Translations under genes and position numbers: made by a program
Shown: positions 35,767-46,415 of the stretch, one piece after another
Layout: each line of letters starts with the position of its first letter
Position numbering within the stretch: position 1 is the first letter of the stretch
From: Craspedostauros australis
Lineage: Eukaryota
DNA: 62,477 nt
Direction: 5' to 3'
NCBI GenBank assembly: GCA_030167865.1
Contig: JALAGF010005348.1
Span: 1 to 62,477, forward strand
The notes under the pieces: model-generated
Database searches by the model: none
Told to the model about the DNA's origin: nothing
What the model saw: only the letters and a program-made list of their open reading frames with translations

Positions 35767-36016
35767 CGAGAGACTTACGACGAGTACCATGCATAGTGGC
35801 TTGGGAGAATTGCAGAGTTCCACGTTATTACTCCGTGTTGAGAGTGACGGAGTAGCAGTACTGGTATGACGCCGCCTGGGCCAACGGGCAACAACACACT
35901 CAAACACGAGATTCCTTTCCTTCTTGCTTCCTTGCTTCCGGTTGGTTGATTTGTCTGTTTGTCTCCGTTGGTCGTCCAGTCAGGAACTCAAATGTGGGAT
36001 GGCAGAGAGCCGAGCA

Positions 36017-36035
36017 CTCTCTCTCTCTCTCTCTC
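36017..36035. repeat. (CT)n microsatellite
   Basis: ctctctctctctctctctc. Confidence 0.8.
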
Positions 36036-37891
36036 CAGAATAGGAGGTACTCGTCGAGCGAAGCAATCCAATGATGTGGTGCGATGCTGAGTTGCATCAC
36101 ATGCATAAGTATGAGTGGAGTAACATGATGTAGTCCGTGCGTACTCTGTGGTGAATGTGTGGAGGGGCTTTTGCAAAGACCACGGACTTCCGGTCAACCA
36201 ATGAACACGAATCCTCTGGCCTCTCCTTGCGGAGAAGAAGGCCAAACGCTGGAAGATGAACCAACGAGTAGAGTCGATGACGATGACGATCAGGGACGAA
36301 AGTGTTGTTGTGTGGGTGTAAAAGCTCGTCGTCGTTTGCATCGCAGATCAGGTCTCTCCAGAGAGAGGCGGAGAGAAGGCAATACAATATTAGATCATCC
36401 GCTATCGACGTCATTGTGGGAGATCGCAGAGGTGATGGATGCACAAGTGCGTACTCGTATCTGACTTGCACCAAACGAATAAAGTTCGAGAGTTTGGTTC
36501 CTTCGTTTCTCCGCTTTCACCACGGCTTTGGTTGGATTGTTTGGCTTTCTTTCTTGTTCTGACCTTCGACGCTTCGCCTGTGCCAGCCACCGCAGAGGAG
36601 TAGCGCTTCCATGATCGAATCTGATGATGTGGCGGAAGGAATGTGATTCCTCTCTGTGATGTTCGCGTTGCTCGAACTTTCCTCACATGAGCACGGATCC
36701 TTTCTTTGGAGAACATCGCCGAAACTGGAATTGCTGGCAGTTTGGTCCGCTCTGAAGGCGTTTGGCCCGGCTTGCGAGATTCGATCTGTTTCCACGATAC
36801 GGACTACAAGGCACACGATCGCACCAAACACGTCGGAAGCGAACAGCGATGCGGACTGTGAGTCACATGTCGCTGCGACATGCACATGTGATTTCGCGTG
36901 ACTTGTGTTCAAGACCCAGTGTCACGCTGTTGCGGGCAAAGTGCGAAATGTGCGAATGAATGGGAAAGAACACCACCAATGCGAACAGAATAGCTTGCGC
37001 ACATCACCAAATGGCGCGAAAAGTTGCACGAATCATTTTAAGAATGCGATTGTGTGCGACATTGTACGCGGACGCGTTGGCTTTTGTGGATGGCGCACGA
37101 GATTCGACGAGCGACGGCATGGTGTGACGTTCGAGAGAATTCGCCTTCGAGCAATGCTGCAGACGACGATCGCGAAAAATCAAGGCGAGAAATGCTCCCA
37201 TCACCTCGGAAGTGGAGAAACAACCTCATGCCGGCAGCAACACATGAGAAGAAGTTGGTTGCGAACCATCAGGTTCTTCTCTTCTGCACCCTCATCCAAA
37301 GTCGTGGCCGCGCAACCGATCTTCTGGAATTGGTGACATCCTCGGTCTGTGGCATTCTTGTGACTCTCCTGCTCTCCCTCTCTCTTGTTGCCTTGGGTGG
37401 TGTGGTATCATCGCAAAAGGCCCGTCCGTGTGCGACCTCATAAAAACAGAGAGTCATCCTCTTGTGCACAAGAGAGGCACAACAGGGATACCACACCAGT
37501 CAATCAACTTACACGGTTGCGATTATCGAAAGTCACTTGCATTTTCAAACGGAATCAGCTGCTGTTATCGAAGGTGCGAATCTATCACAACACAAAGACA
37601 TACACGCACGCACAACTGCCCAAGCGCCTCCTGCTTCGACCAAAACCATCGCATTGCCTTCACTTCGCTTCGCTTGGCTGTGTTATTGGCACATCACCAT
37701 ACTAGTACAGTCCGACGTGTTACACGCCACCGCATTACCGCATCGCCAACAGTTCAGTCCGCTTCATTGAGGACCTTCGCTTCACAGCCACACAGCCACA
37801 CACCCGCAACTGGCGTGAGCGCGGAGAAGAAGCCACAGACAAAAGGCAGCACGGAGCCAACAATAAAGAGCCAGCAACAAGGAGAATCATC

Positions 37892-39828
37892 ATGTCTTCT
37901 CTCGTCAGCATCCTCCCACAAATCGGAGGCCCCCCTTGCGGATCCACCATCACCGGCGAAAGCGGAAGCGGACACAATCGTCGCAGCGGCCGCAGCAGAA
38001 GAAGCATCGGCCTTCATTTTGGCGGGAGCTCTGCTTCTCGCACAGCCATGGCAGCAGCCCCAGCCACCAATTCTGCACAAGGCAACGAAAGCGACGCCAG
38101 CAGCGACGACAGTATGAGAGCCAGGCGCATTTCATGCTTCGATGCGAGCCAGATGCCGGAGACCAGCATCTGCAAGCGGGAGATGCACTCCTTCTCCGTG
38201 CATCACAGCCCCTCGACGTCCAAATGGATCGCCACCATCGTGCGTCCCACGATCGTCGACCAAACTGTGCCATCGTCCGAAACAACAGGCAGCGGCGGAC
38301 GTCAACGTTATGCCAGCTTCTCATTCAACTCGCAGCGCGAAGCCAACAACTTCGCGAAGGCATACTCCCCGCCCAAGATGATGGTCAACAAGACGCAATG
38401 CTGCGTCTGCGACAAGCCATTCGATCGCAGGCTGAGGTCGCACAGCTGCCGCAACTGTGGCGTTGCCGTCTGCGATAAATGCTCGGCTCGCTGGGGTGTC
38501 AAGATGATTCCCCGCACCTACCTGCCGGCCATGTCCTCGCTCACCGTGCGTGTTTGCACGTCCTGCGATTGGCTCAGCAACGCCTTCTGCATGGCATTGC
38601 TGCAAGGGCGTTACGAGAATGCCGTCAAGTTTTACGAATCGGGCAATGTCAACATTCGATGCAGCTTTGCAGACATCAACAAGGAGGCCATGTTCCCCAT
38701 TCATTGCGCGGTACGTTGCGCTGTACGCAGGATTCGAATGCAATCCAACTTCTGGACAGTTGTCGTTGGGTCGTGTTCCGCTGAGATGCTTCGAGGAAAT
38801 TCACTTTCGCCATCTGTTCGGATCGGATTGGACGGGTTCCCACACCAAACTCGAATCTCTCACCCCATTCCCTCCCTTGCCTCTCCCATCATCAATTCCA
38901 TTTCTCATCACCCTTGGATCGATCTCGCATCATGCCAAATTGTGCTGGATGGCCACATGCTCTACACAATACAACGCAATGCAATACAATTCAATATCTC
39001 GCCATTCATGACTCTGCTCTATTCTGTTTCAGGTGATGGGCGGCAACCTCAAGATCGTCAAGTGGTTGATCGAAACATTGGAGTGCCCATACTCCGTGCG
39101 TCGGGACATTCGCACCAACGCGCTGCAATCCGTGCAGACCTCCGCCAACCGCACGCTCATCGACCTGGCCATGACAGGGAAGCCAAAGATCGATATCCTC
39201 AGCTACCTCGTCAAAAAGAACTTGAGCGTGTTGGATACGAAGGATCCCAACCTCGCGCCTCAAACTCTGGAGCTTCTCATGAAGGCAGGATTTCGATTTG
39301 ACCTCGTCGCGGACGATGAGGAACCCAGCACGGCATACGAAAGCATCGATATGTGCGAGTCCTCCGTGGGCACGGGCATCGAAGACGCGGTGAGTCCACA
39401 GCAACATTGCGCGCGCTGCAGATGATTCCTTGGTCACCTTGATTCTTACGTCGGTTCTGCGGGAGATCGACTCTGCCGAATACCTGTTGATGGTCCTCGG
39501 CATCAGAGAATGAGTCATTTTCGAAGTGCTCAATGAAATTTTGTTCGCACGCCTTGTCCTCTCCTCGTACTCACACGACCTCTTGCTCGCTCTTCCAAAT
39601 CATCTTGCGTGACTGCAATTGCAAACTAATGCCCTGCCATGTCGCACCATGCTCTATCACGCCAACCGCGGAAATAATATCCAGTGCATCTTGTGCTGCG
39701 AGCAACAGATGGATTGCGTCCTGACTCCATGCGGTCATCAAATTTGCTGCAGTCGTTGCGGAGACAATCTCCGCAAATGCCCAATCTGCAAGAATGAGTG
39801 CACCCCACTCCGCATCTTCCGCATGTAA
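37892..39828 (+). CDS. FYVE zinc finger-ankyrin-like-RING (C3HC4) protein, putative E3 ligase, ~439 aa; exons 37892-38710, 39033-39389, 39685-39828
   Basis: FYVE: CCVCDKPF...HSCRNCGVAVCDKC...VRVCTSC. Ankyrin-like: FPIHCA|VMGGNLKIVKWLI. RING: CILC...CVLTPCGHQICCSRC...CPIC. The GT-AG junctions are in frame. Confidence 0.85.
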
Positions 39829-40638
39829 TTCTGACGGCTGCAGAGTTCGTACCATACGCACGTACGAGCTACCACACCAATCCATACATTAGCCAACCCA
39901 CACATGCCATAGCATCACGAACTCGAAACCATGGCATTGCATTCGATTCATCGCCCTTTCATGGACCGATGAAGGACAGCATCAGCTGTCACATGCGCAT
40001 TTTGCACACATCTTTTGGATCATTGTGTATCTATTACAATATCACACAAAGTCCTGCCAACCGAGTACATACAGCACTCGGTACAAGCACGAGGACGATT
40101 ATACACATCGCTACGATCCCACACACCATTTTCACACTGGACTTTCACACAGCACAGTCACTACCATAATACAATCAACAATCACATGCCCGCATCACGG
40201 CATAAGTTAGATCACCAACTAATATTATACAATATAGCACTAGCATTAGCATCAAACGTTTTCGCTAAACCAGAGTCATGCAAACACGGAGCCCAGCTTG
40301 CTCACATGCATTGATGTATGGAGACTTGCTACGAGGAGTCTGTGTGATACGGGCAACATCGTACCATGTCATTTCTCGTCTTGGCTTGGAATGGTATGAA
40401 GTTGTCTCTGCATTGCGGCCGTACCCCTTCGAGCCAAACGGAATTGCCTGCCACTCTCCGGACACTCAATGCGTACTCAAACTGCCTCGTCTGTGGATGT
40501 GCACTCCGAAGCGCGCCTCGAAACACGCCGTATCATGTACAACATATCCATAGAAGTAAAGGATAGAGACCTCTGACTTCGCTTTAACAGAATCCTACCA
40601 GTATTTGCTTCCTTCTGGAGTATAGTTTTACAACCGCG

Positions 40639-41888
40639 TCACTCAGAACCACCAAAGATTCCAAGGATTCCGCCGAAGATTCCTCCTCCTCCTTCAGGCT
40701 GTGGTGGTGACAGTGCAGCGTCGATCTGCTCCTGCGTTGGCTGGGTGACGAATGTCTTGCCCTTGATGAATCCCTGCTCCTTCAGGCGCATGGCCTGCGG
40801 GTTCTCCAGCAGTGTGAATGCCTTGCCATCGGCGTTGAGGATCAGAACCGATCTGTCGAATGGGCCGAAACTTGCGGACTGTTGAAAGTTGAGAAAAAGG
40901 GTGTCGAGGCGAGTAACGCCATTGTAATTTGAGATGCAGTGCGAGTGGGTTTGAAGGAGGCATCATCAGTGAGTTGTCCTTTGAACGGTAAACAGTGCAT
41001 GCAACACGCATGCAATGTATAAGACGACCAACCAACACATATCCAGCAGATCACGCAACACAACGTACCGCATCGTTTTGCATGGTCCGTATTTGAACAT
41101 TGAGATCATTCTTCTCCTTGTTGTCTTCCGACTGCTGGCGCAGCTTCATTATGAGCTGATTGCCCTCGGCTTCTTCCGCCAAGGTCGTCTTCTCCGCATC
41201 CTTGCGCTTTCTGAAATCGGCGGGATCGCGGAAGTACTTGTCCGCCTTGTCATTGTCATTGGCGCTGGTACGTTCCTCCGTCTTCAAGCAGGCTCCAAGT
41301 TTTCCGCGCTTAGTGCAGATCTGTGATAAATGGTTGGCAGCGTCGCAGAGAGCGGAAGGGAATGGCGATGTGAAGTGGGAGAGGTGTTAGATTCAGCACG
41401 TAAAGCAGCGTCTTCCGCGCCTTTCCACAGCAAAAATGTACAAAGCGCATGCATTTGGAGCAACTCCGACTCAGCCGTTGAATACTGCCATTGAATCGAT
41501 CGACGAATCAACTGGTCGGTCAGATGCTTGGCCACCATCGTTGCACATATCTAGCACTGACCATGACTGTTTCACCAGTGAAGAGAGTGGGTGCCTCAGT
41601 CTCGCGTCCGTACTCATCGGCACCGGCGGCTGCGGGATCCATGGCGAGGGCGGCCACGAGGGCAGCGGATGCCAAGAACTTGATCATGGAGGACGGATCC
41701 CGTCGTTGCATCTGCGCCTCATCGGAATCGTTGGAGGCGAACAGAGAGGTGGGATGGGCGGCGGCAGTTCCCCGTTGCAGCTGGGATGCGGTATTGAAAG
41801 ATGGTGCGAAGCCGGATGCCGTTGGCATGGACACCAGCAGCATCATGCAAGCGGCGAGATTCGTGTATCTGGATTGATCTGGCGACAT
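40639..41888 (-). CDS. Uncharacterised plastid (probably thylakoid-lumen) protein, ~272 aa; exons 41888-41562, 41320-41069, 40878-40639
   Basis: Signal peptide ending TASG-FAP, then a transit peptide, then RR...hydrophobic core...AGA (lumenal signal). The three exons join in phase 0 through gtcagt...cag and gtacgt...cag, giving ETVM|ICTKRGKLGACLK...QNDA|SASFGPFDR...GIFGGSE*. Confidence 0.82.
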
Positions 41889-42241
41889 AGTTGCGTTGAC
41901 GATAGCGTTGACGATAGCGTGATGATAGCGATTGATTGGGATTGGATGATGGATCTGTCCGTCTCTCGTGGAAGACCAAAGACGCGAAAGGAAAAGAAGA
42001 GAGTGATGGCGATGGACGATGGTGAATGTTGTTGTTGTTGCTGTTGTCAGTAACAGGACTACGGCGGGCTCGCACTCGTCCCTGGTTTCAATTGACAACC
42101 TCCATCCAGATCCGCAGATGTCCGATGTTGGGCGACACTTGGAGGAGGTCGGAGGGCGATCCTTTTCGCGTTCGTTTCTGTTTCCACTTCTTCGCTTGTT
42201 GTGACGTGACGAGGATGGATTTTCGTTGTTGAGTTTGTTGG

Positions 42242-42352
42242 CAAGATGACGTCACACCAGAATGACCCAATTGACTCCTGTTGATTGTTTCATTTCAAAG
42301 CGTCGAAAGAAACCACTGTTGAGGTATCTATTGGTACTCAAGATGACGTCAC
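42242..42352. promoter_or_regulatory. Two identical CAAGATGACGTCAC elements (palindromic TGACGTCA bZIP-type core) in a divergent promoter
   Basis: Exact 14-mer at 42242-42255 and 42339-42352, plus TGACGT at 42202. They lie between head-to-head plastid-targeted genes. Confidence 0.5.
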
Positions 42353-42850
42353 CGGAGTCATCGCAACCAACACGAACGACAAAAGACGCAAGCTGTGTGC
42401 TGACGCTGTTTTTGCTTGATGTGGCTGACACCAACCACGACAACCCAGGAGAGAAATGGCGGAAAGGAAGAAACAGTGGCAAAACAACACGATCGCACTG
42501 GATACGACATCAACAACGACCAAGAAGACGGAGAAGGGGACATCAGTCGTCATCACACATCAGTCGCCCACACACATCAATCGACAGAGAGAGTGAGGGA
42601 GAGAAAGAGAGACCGAGACAACCAACAACTCCACGAGCACTCTCCACCACGACACGCGCAACCAGATAACCTTCCCACGATCGTCATTGGATTGGAACTC
42701 TTCGACGAATCATCCCATCACACCCAACATCACGAAAGCAGAGCAATCCAATCCGCTCCTTTGTTTTAAGAATCTTCAAGGCCACAACAGAAGCAACACC
42801 GACAACGTTGAGAGCAACCTCCTCCTCAGACTCGTACTGCGTTGATCAGA

Positions 42851-43519
42851 ATGACAAACATGCTGAACCGTGTGCTCCCGCTCTGCATCTACCTTGTGCT
42901 GCAGATAACGAGATCGGCATCTTTCACGATCTCGGATTCGCGATGCACCTCAAGACAATCGCTGCAGCGCCAGTTCCAGCGCTCGGACGAACGTCGGCTT
43001 CAGAGCCTCGAGAAGCACCAGCAGCGCAGAACGACGCTGTGTTCATTATCGGTGCAGATCATTGACAAGAGCAGCAGTAGCAGCAGTGAGGAAAGCGAAC
43101 AGAAGAAGGAGAAGCCGGCAGTCCTAGCACCGGCGGACGACGAAGGAAAGGAAGAGCAGGAAATCACCATGGAAGACAACAACGGCAACACCATCCGGAT
43201 GGGATCCATCATCCGAGTCAGCTCCGACGGCGTCCGAGCATTCCAGGTCGCCGCCAAGGCCCGAGGCTACTTCGACGATGACAAGAACTTCGTCGCCACG
43301 CCGGATGTCACGCAGCGAATCGACAAGTGCCTGCGGCTGCCAGTCGGATTGCGCGGCGTCGTCAACAAGATGTACGACGTCGATGACATCAGCGCCAACT
43401 CTCCGGTGCGTGCCAAGTTCGTTCCCGATGAGCACACCGAGGAGGGCTATAGCTCACCCGTCGCCTTCCTCATGCACTTTGGACCCGAGGAGATCGAGGT
43501 TGTGGTTGCGGAGGAGTAG
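42851..43519 (+). CDS. ftrV: Ferredoxin-thioredoxin reductase variable (alpha) chain-like protein, plastid-targeted
   Basis: Signal peptide ending RSAS-F. The C-terminal SH3-like pattern IRMGSIIRV...GLRGVV...ISANSPVRAKF...FLMHFGPEEIEVV parallels FTR-alpha (KVGDRVRV...GxEGEV...SANLPxxVxF...HLxxxELE). Confidence 0.72.
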   Translation: MTNMLNRVLPLCIYLVLQITRSASFTISDSRCTSRQSLQRQFQRSDERRLQSLEKHQQRRTTLCSLSVQIIDKSSSSSSEESEQKKEKPAVLAPADDEGKEEQEITMEDNNGNTIRMGSIIRVSSDGVRAFQVAAKARGYFDDDKNFVATPDVTQRIDKCLRLPVGLRGVVNKMYDVDDISANSPVRAKFVPDEHTEEGYSSPVAFLMHFGPEEIEVVVAEE

Positions 43520-44363
43520 GAAGTGGTAAAGAGTATGGTAGTGGAAGCATGCATGATGGAATTTGGCATACGACAAGGCCAACAAATGGAAGGGACGTCA
43601 TGGAAAAAAGTGCTTTGATGGCAACTCACCAACAAATAGATGAGCGGAGATGGAAATTGGATGGAGATATGGATTGAAGGAACAGGATAGGAAGTTACAA
43701 TAACGACAACAGCAACAACAACTACAACAACAATAGTCATGGTGGCCGCGGCGTAAGGAGAGGGCGCATTGCTATTAACGGAGAGGAGAGAGGAGTGTAG
43801 CAGACAGATGGAAAGGTCGAGGAGCTCGATGAAGGCAATCACAGAAACAACAGAAACGACAAACAGGTAAACAGACCCGCAATTTTCAAGGCTCTCGCCT
43901 CTCTCTCTCTCTCGAGCATTCTTCCTTCCAATGCCTGATGCAACCCTGGGTTTTGTTGGCGATCTCCTTCTCTCCACGAGGAGAAAGGGGAAGTAGAGCA
44001 AAATAACTTGTATGAAGAGAGCTATCATGTCTGAGAGGCAGCCGAAAAGCGGCAACCCTGTGCATGTGCTGCCCCAACACAAGATAACGGCAGAGTCGTA
44101 CTGGAACATGATCGTTGATCTGAATCTATTACACATGTTTGCATGGGTAGTGACTAAGATCACGCCGACACCAGCGTCACTCATTTCTTGTTTGTGCCGT
44201 ACTCATGCGATGTGAAAAGTCTCCCCAAGTGTCGCCTGCTGCCACTCTCAACATTGCAACTATTACATGAGCAACTCTGGAGCGGTCGGAGGATGCACAG
44301 CGCTCTCCTCCAGTATTTGAGTCGATATGCCCAACTACATAGTGATTACTCCCCGTGGCAGGT

Positions 44364-45546
44364 TTATTCCTTCTTCTCCTCGACGTAGTCTTTGACGTAC
44401 TTGGCACGGGACGGGTGATCCTCCTGTGGGCGGTTGAATGGTGTCCAGATTGGCTCGCCGATGAAGAGTCTCATGGCCTTGATGTAGTCGGTCTCGTCGC
44501 ACGTGAAGCGGTGGTAGATTCCTTCTGGCAGTGTCATCAGATCTCCCTTCTTGATGTGGATGCGCACCCACTTGTCGCTCGTGTCGCGAACGTCGAAGTA
44601 TCCGCTTCCGTCGAGAATGTAACGGATCTCCTCGGCGTTGTGGATGTGTTCCTCGAAGAAGGCCTTCACCTTGTCATCGTATCCTGGCAACAGATCAGGG
44701 CGGATGGAGATGATGTCAGCGTACGAGTAGCCTCTGTCATCGCGGATGCTCTTGAGGCGTGGGTCCAGGGCATCCTGAAAGGATTGAATGGAGTACGGGC
44801 GCGAGTACGAGTGCGAGGGATGGGGAAGTGCGAACATGGTGTATTGGCATAGCAGATGCGAGCAGAGCACAACAGGGCAAATCATGACGTTGCAGTCGTG
44901 AATGAAATGATGAGAGACGAAGGCATGGCAAGCTAACAAGATACAGATCCAAACCAATAAATGTGTACGACGCCAAGCGCAGCACACGTATTTTGTCGCA
45001 CACTCGTGTATCCAAGCTGCGCAACCATCTTCTGCCCAAACTTTTGGAAGCAATACAGTCCAAGGATGCATCAGCATTGGCGTGACCTCGCCGTAACCTC
45101 GTTGGGCCCTTCAACACGCTTCAACAATCTTCAACGCCCTCCAGGTCCTCAGGGGCAAATGCTGCCCAAACACAGTGTTCATGGAGACATGTCCATGCAG
45201 CAATGCTCTCAAGTCTTCCCTGCATTTGTATTCCACCCACCTTGGGATCCCATGGGACGGCCTTGACGGGGTACGTGAAGGTATCAGCATCCATCTTCCA
45301 GTACTGGATGCCGAGCGCACGCAGCATCTCGACGGTGGCCGGGACGTTTGGAGTCTGGCGGTTGGCTGCCTTCTGGTCGGCGACCTCACCGTCTGCCATC
45401 ACCCACGCCTCCGGCCACTCGGAGTCTGGGCTCTGCGGAGTCGACATCTTTTGCTTCTTGGCTTCTGGCGTTTCTTCTTCTGCCTTGGTTTCCTCGGTGG
45501 CCTTGATGTCCTTGTCGTCTTTCGTTTCTTCGGCTGCCGATGACAT
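44364..45546 (-). CDS. ADI1: Acireductone dioxygenase (methionine salvage), ~238 aa; exons 45546-45241 and 44774-44364
   Basis: Cupin metal motif [26 protein letters not shown]...LPEGIYHRF, plus [17 protein letters not shown]. In-frame gt...cag intron. Confidence 0.94.
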
Positions 45547-46415
45547 GAGTCCGGTTCTTTTGCTTGTGCTTTTTATGAGCTGGATGGGTTGTTGTCTCTA
45601 GAACTCCTCTTGTTTGAAATAGTGCGTATTTCTGTGGTGTGGTGTGAGACGAGTAGGCAGAGTATTCCTCTCTCAGGCTGCTTCCCTGCTGTGTTCGTGT
45701 GCGTTTCTACGTGGTTGTGTGAAAACAAAATCCAGATGTTGACCATTGGTTTGCGTTCCTGGTTGGCTTGCCTTGGCGCGAGAGAGGATACCGCGTAGTC
45801 GTAGTCCGACGATCTGTGTGAGATGATCCATGAGGAACAAGGGTGACAACGTCGGTTGCGTGTGCCCGATCTTACGATCTGCGAACTGCGAACTGCCATG
45901 GCTGGTTACCTTCTCTTCCACCCTTGCGACAGTCACAGAGCAGGGTTCTTCGTGGTTTGGGCCGGTGCCATCGACGAAGTCGGGTTTGTCAAACAGCGCG
46001 CTGCTCTGCGCGAACGTTGACACGACTGCGTGGTTCGTCGACGCGAACTCCAAAGCGCTAAGTCTGTCCGCTGACATCTACGTAGAATCTGTACCGAATC
46101 TGAACGAAGGGAGACTTTCGCACGTCGCAACGCGCGATTCACAGGCAATAACTTCCGAGACAGACTCGGGTAACACGGATTGGATCCGAACTTAGGACAG
46201 AAATAGACCCAAATGGATGATCAGTCTGTTATTGGACCGTCAAAATGACCGCTTTGCGAACCGCATCATCCGGATGCGCTGTCAGGAGAAACAAGCCTGC
46301 CGTGCAACACGCGAGAAGAGCGTGCCAAATCCCGCCATCCTGTCTGCTCACAAAAACGAAACCAATCGAATCGAACCAAAGAAACGAAAAGAAACAAAAC
46401 AACAAGATCGCAACC

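Noticed and set aside
34915..35907. 330-aa antisense ORF over the last EF-G exon (similar ones at 33138-34097, 5867-6814 and 12159-13367)
   Set aside because: Shadow ORFs produced by the C/G-ending codon bias of the real gene on the opposite strand. They show no recognisable motifs.
43447..44184. 245-aa hydrophobic minus-strand ORF
   Set aside because: Built from simple repeats between converging 3' ends (poly-Val from CAA runs). It has no coding bias.
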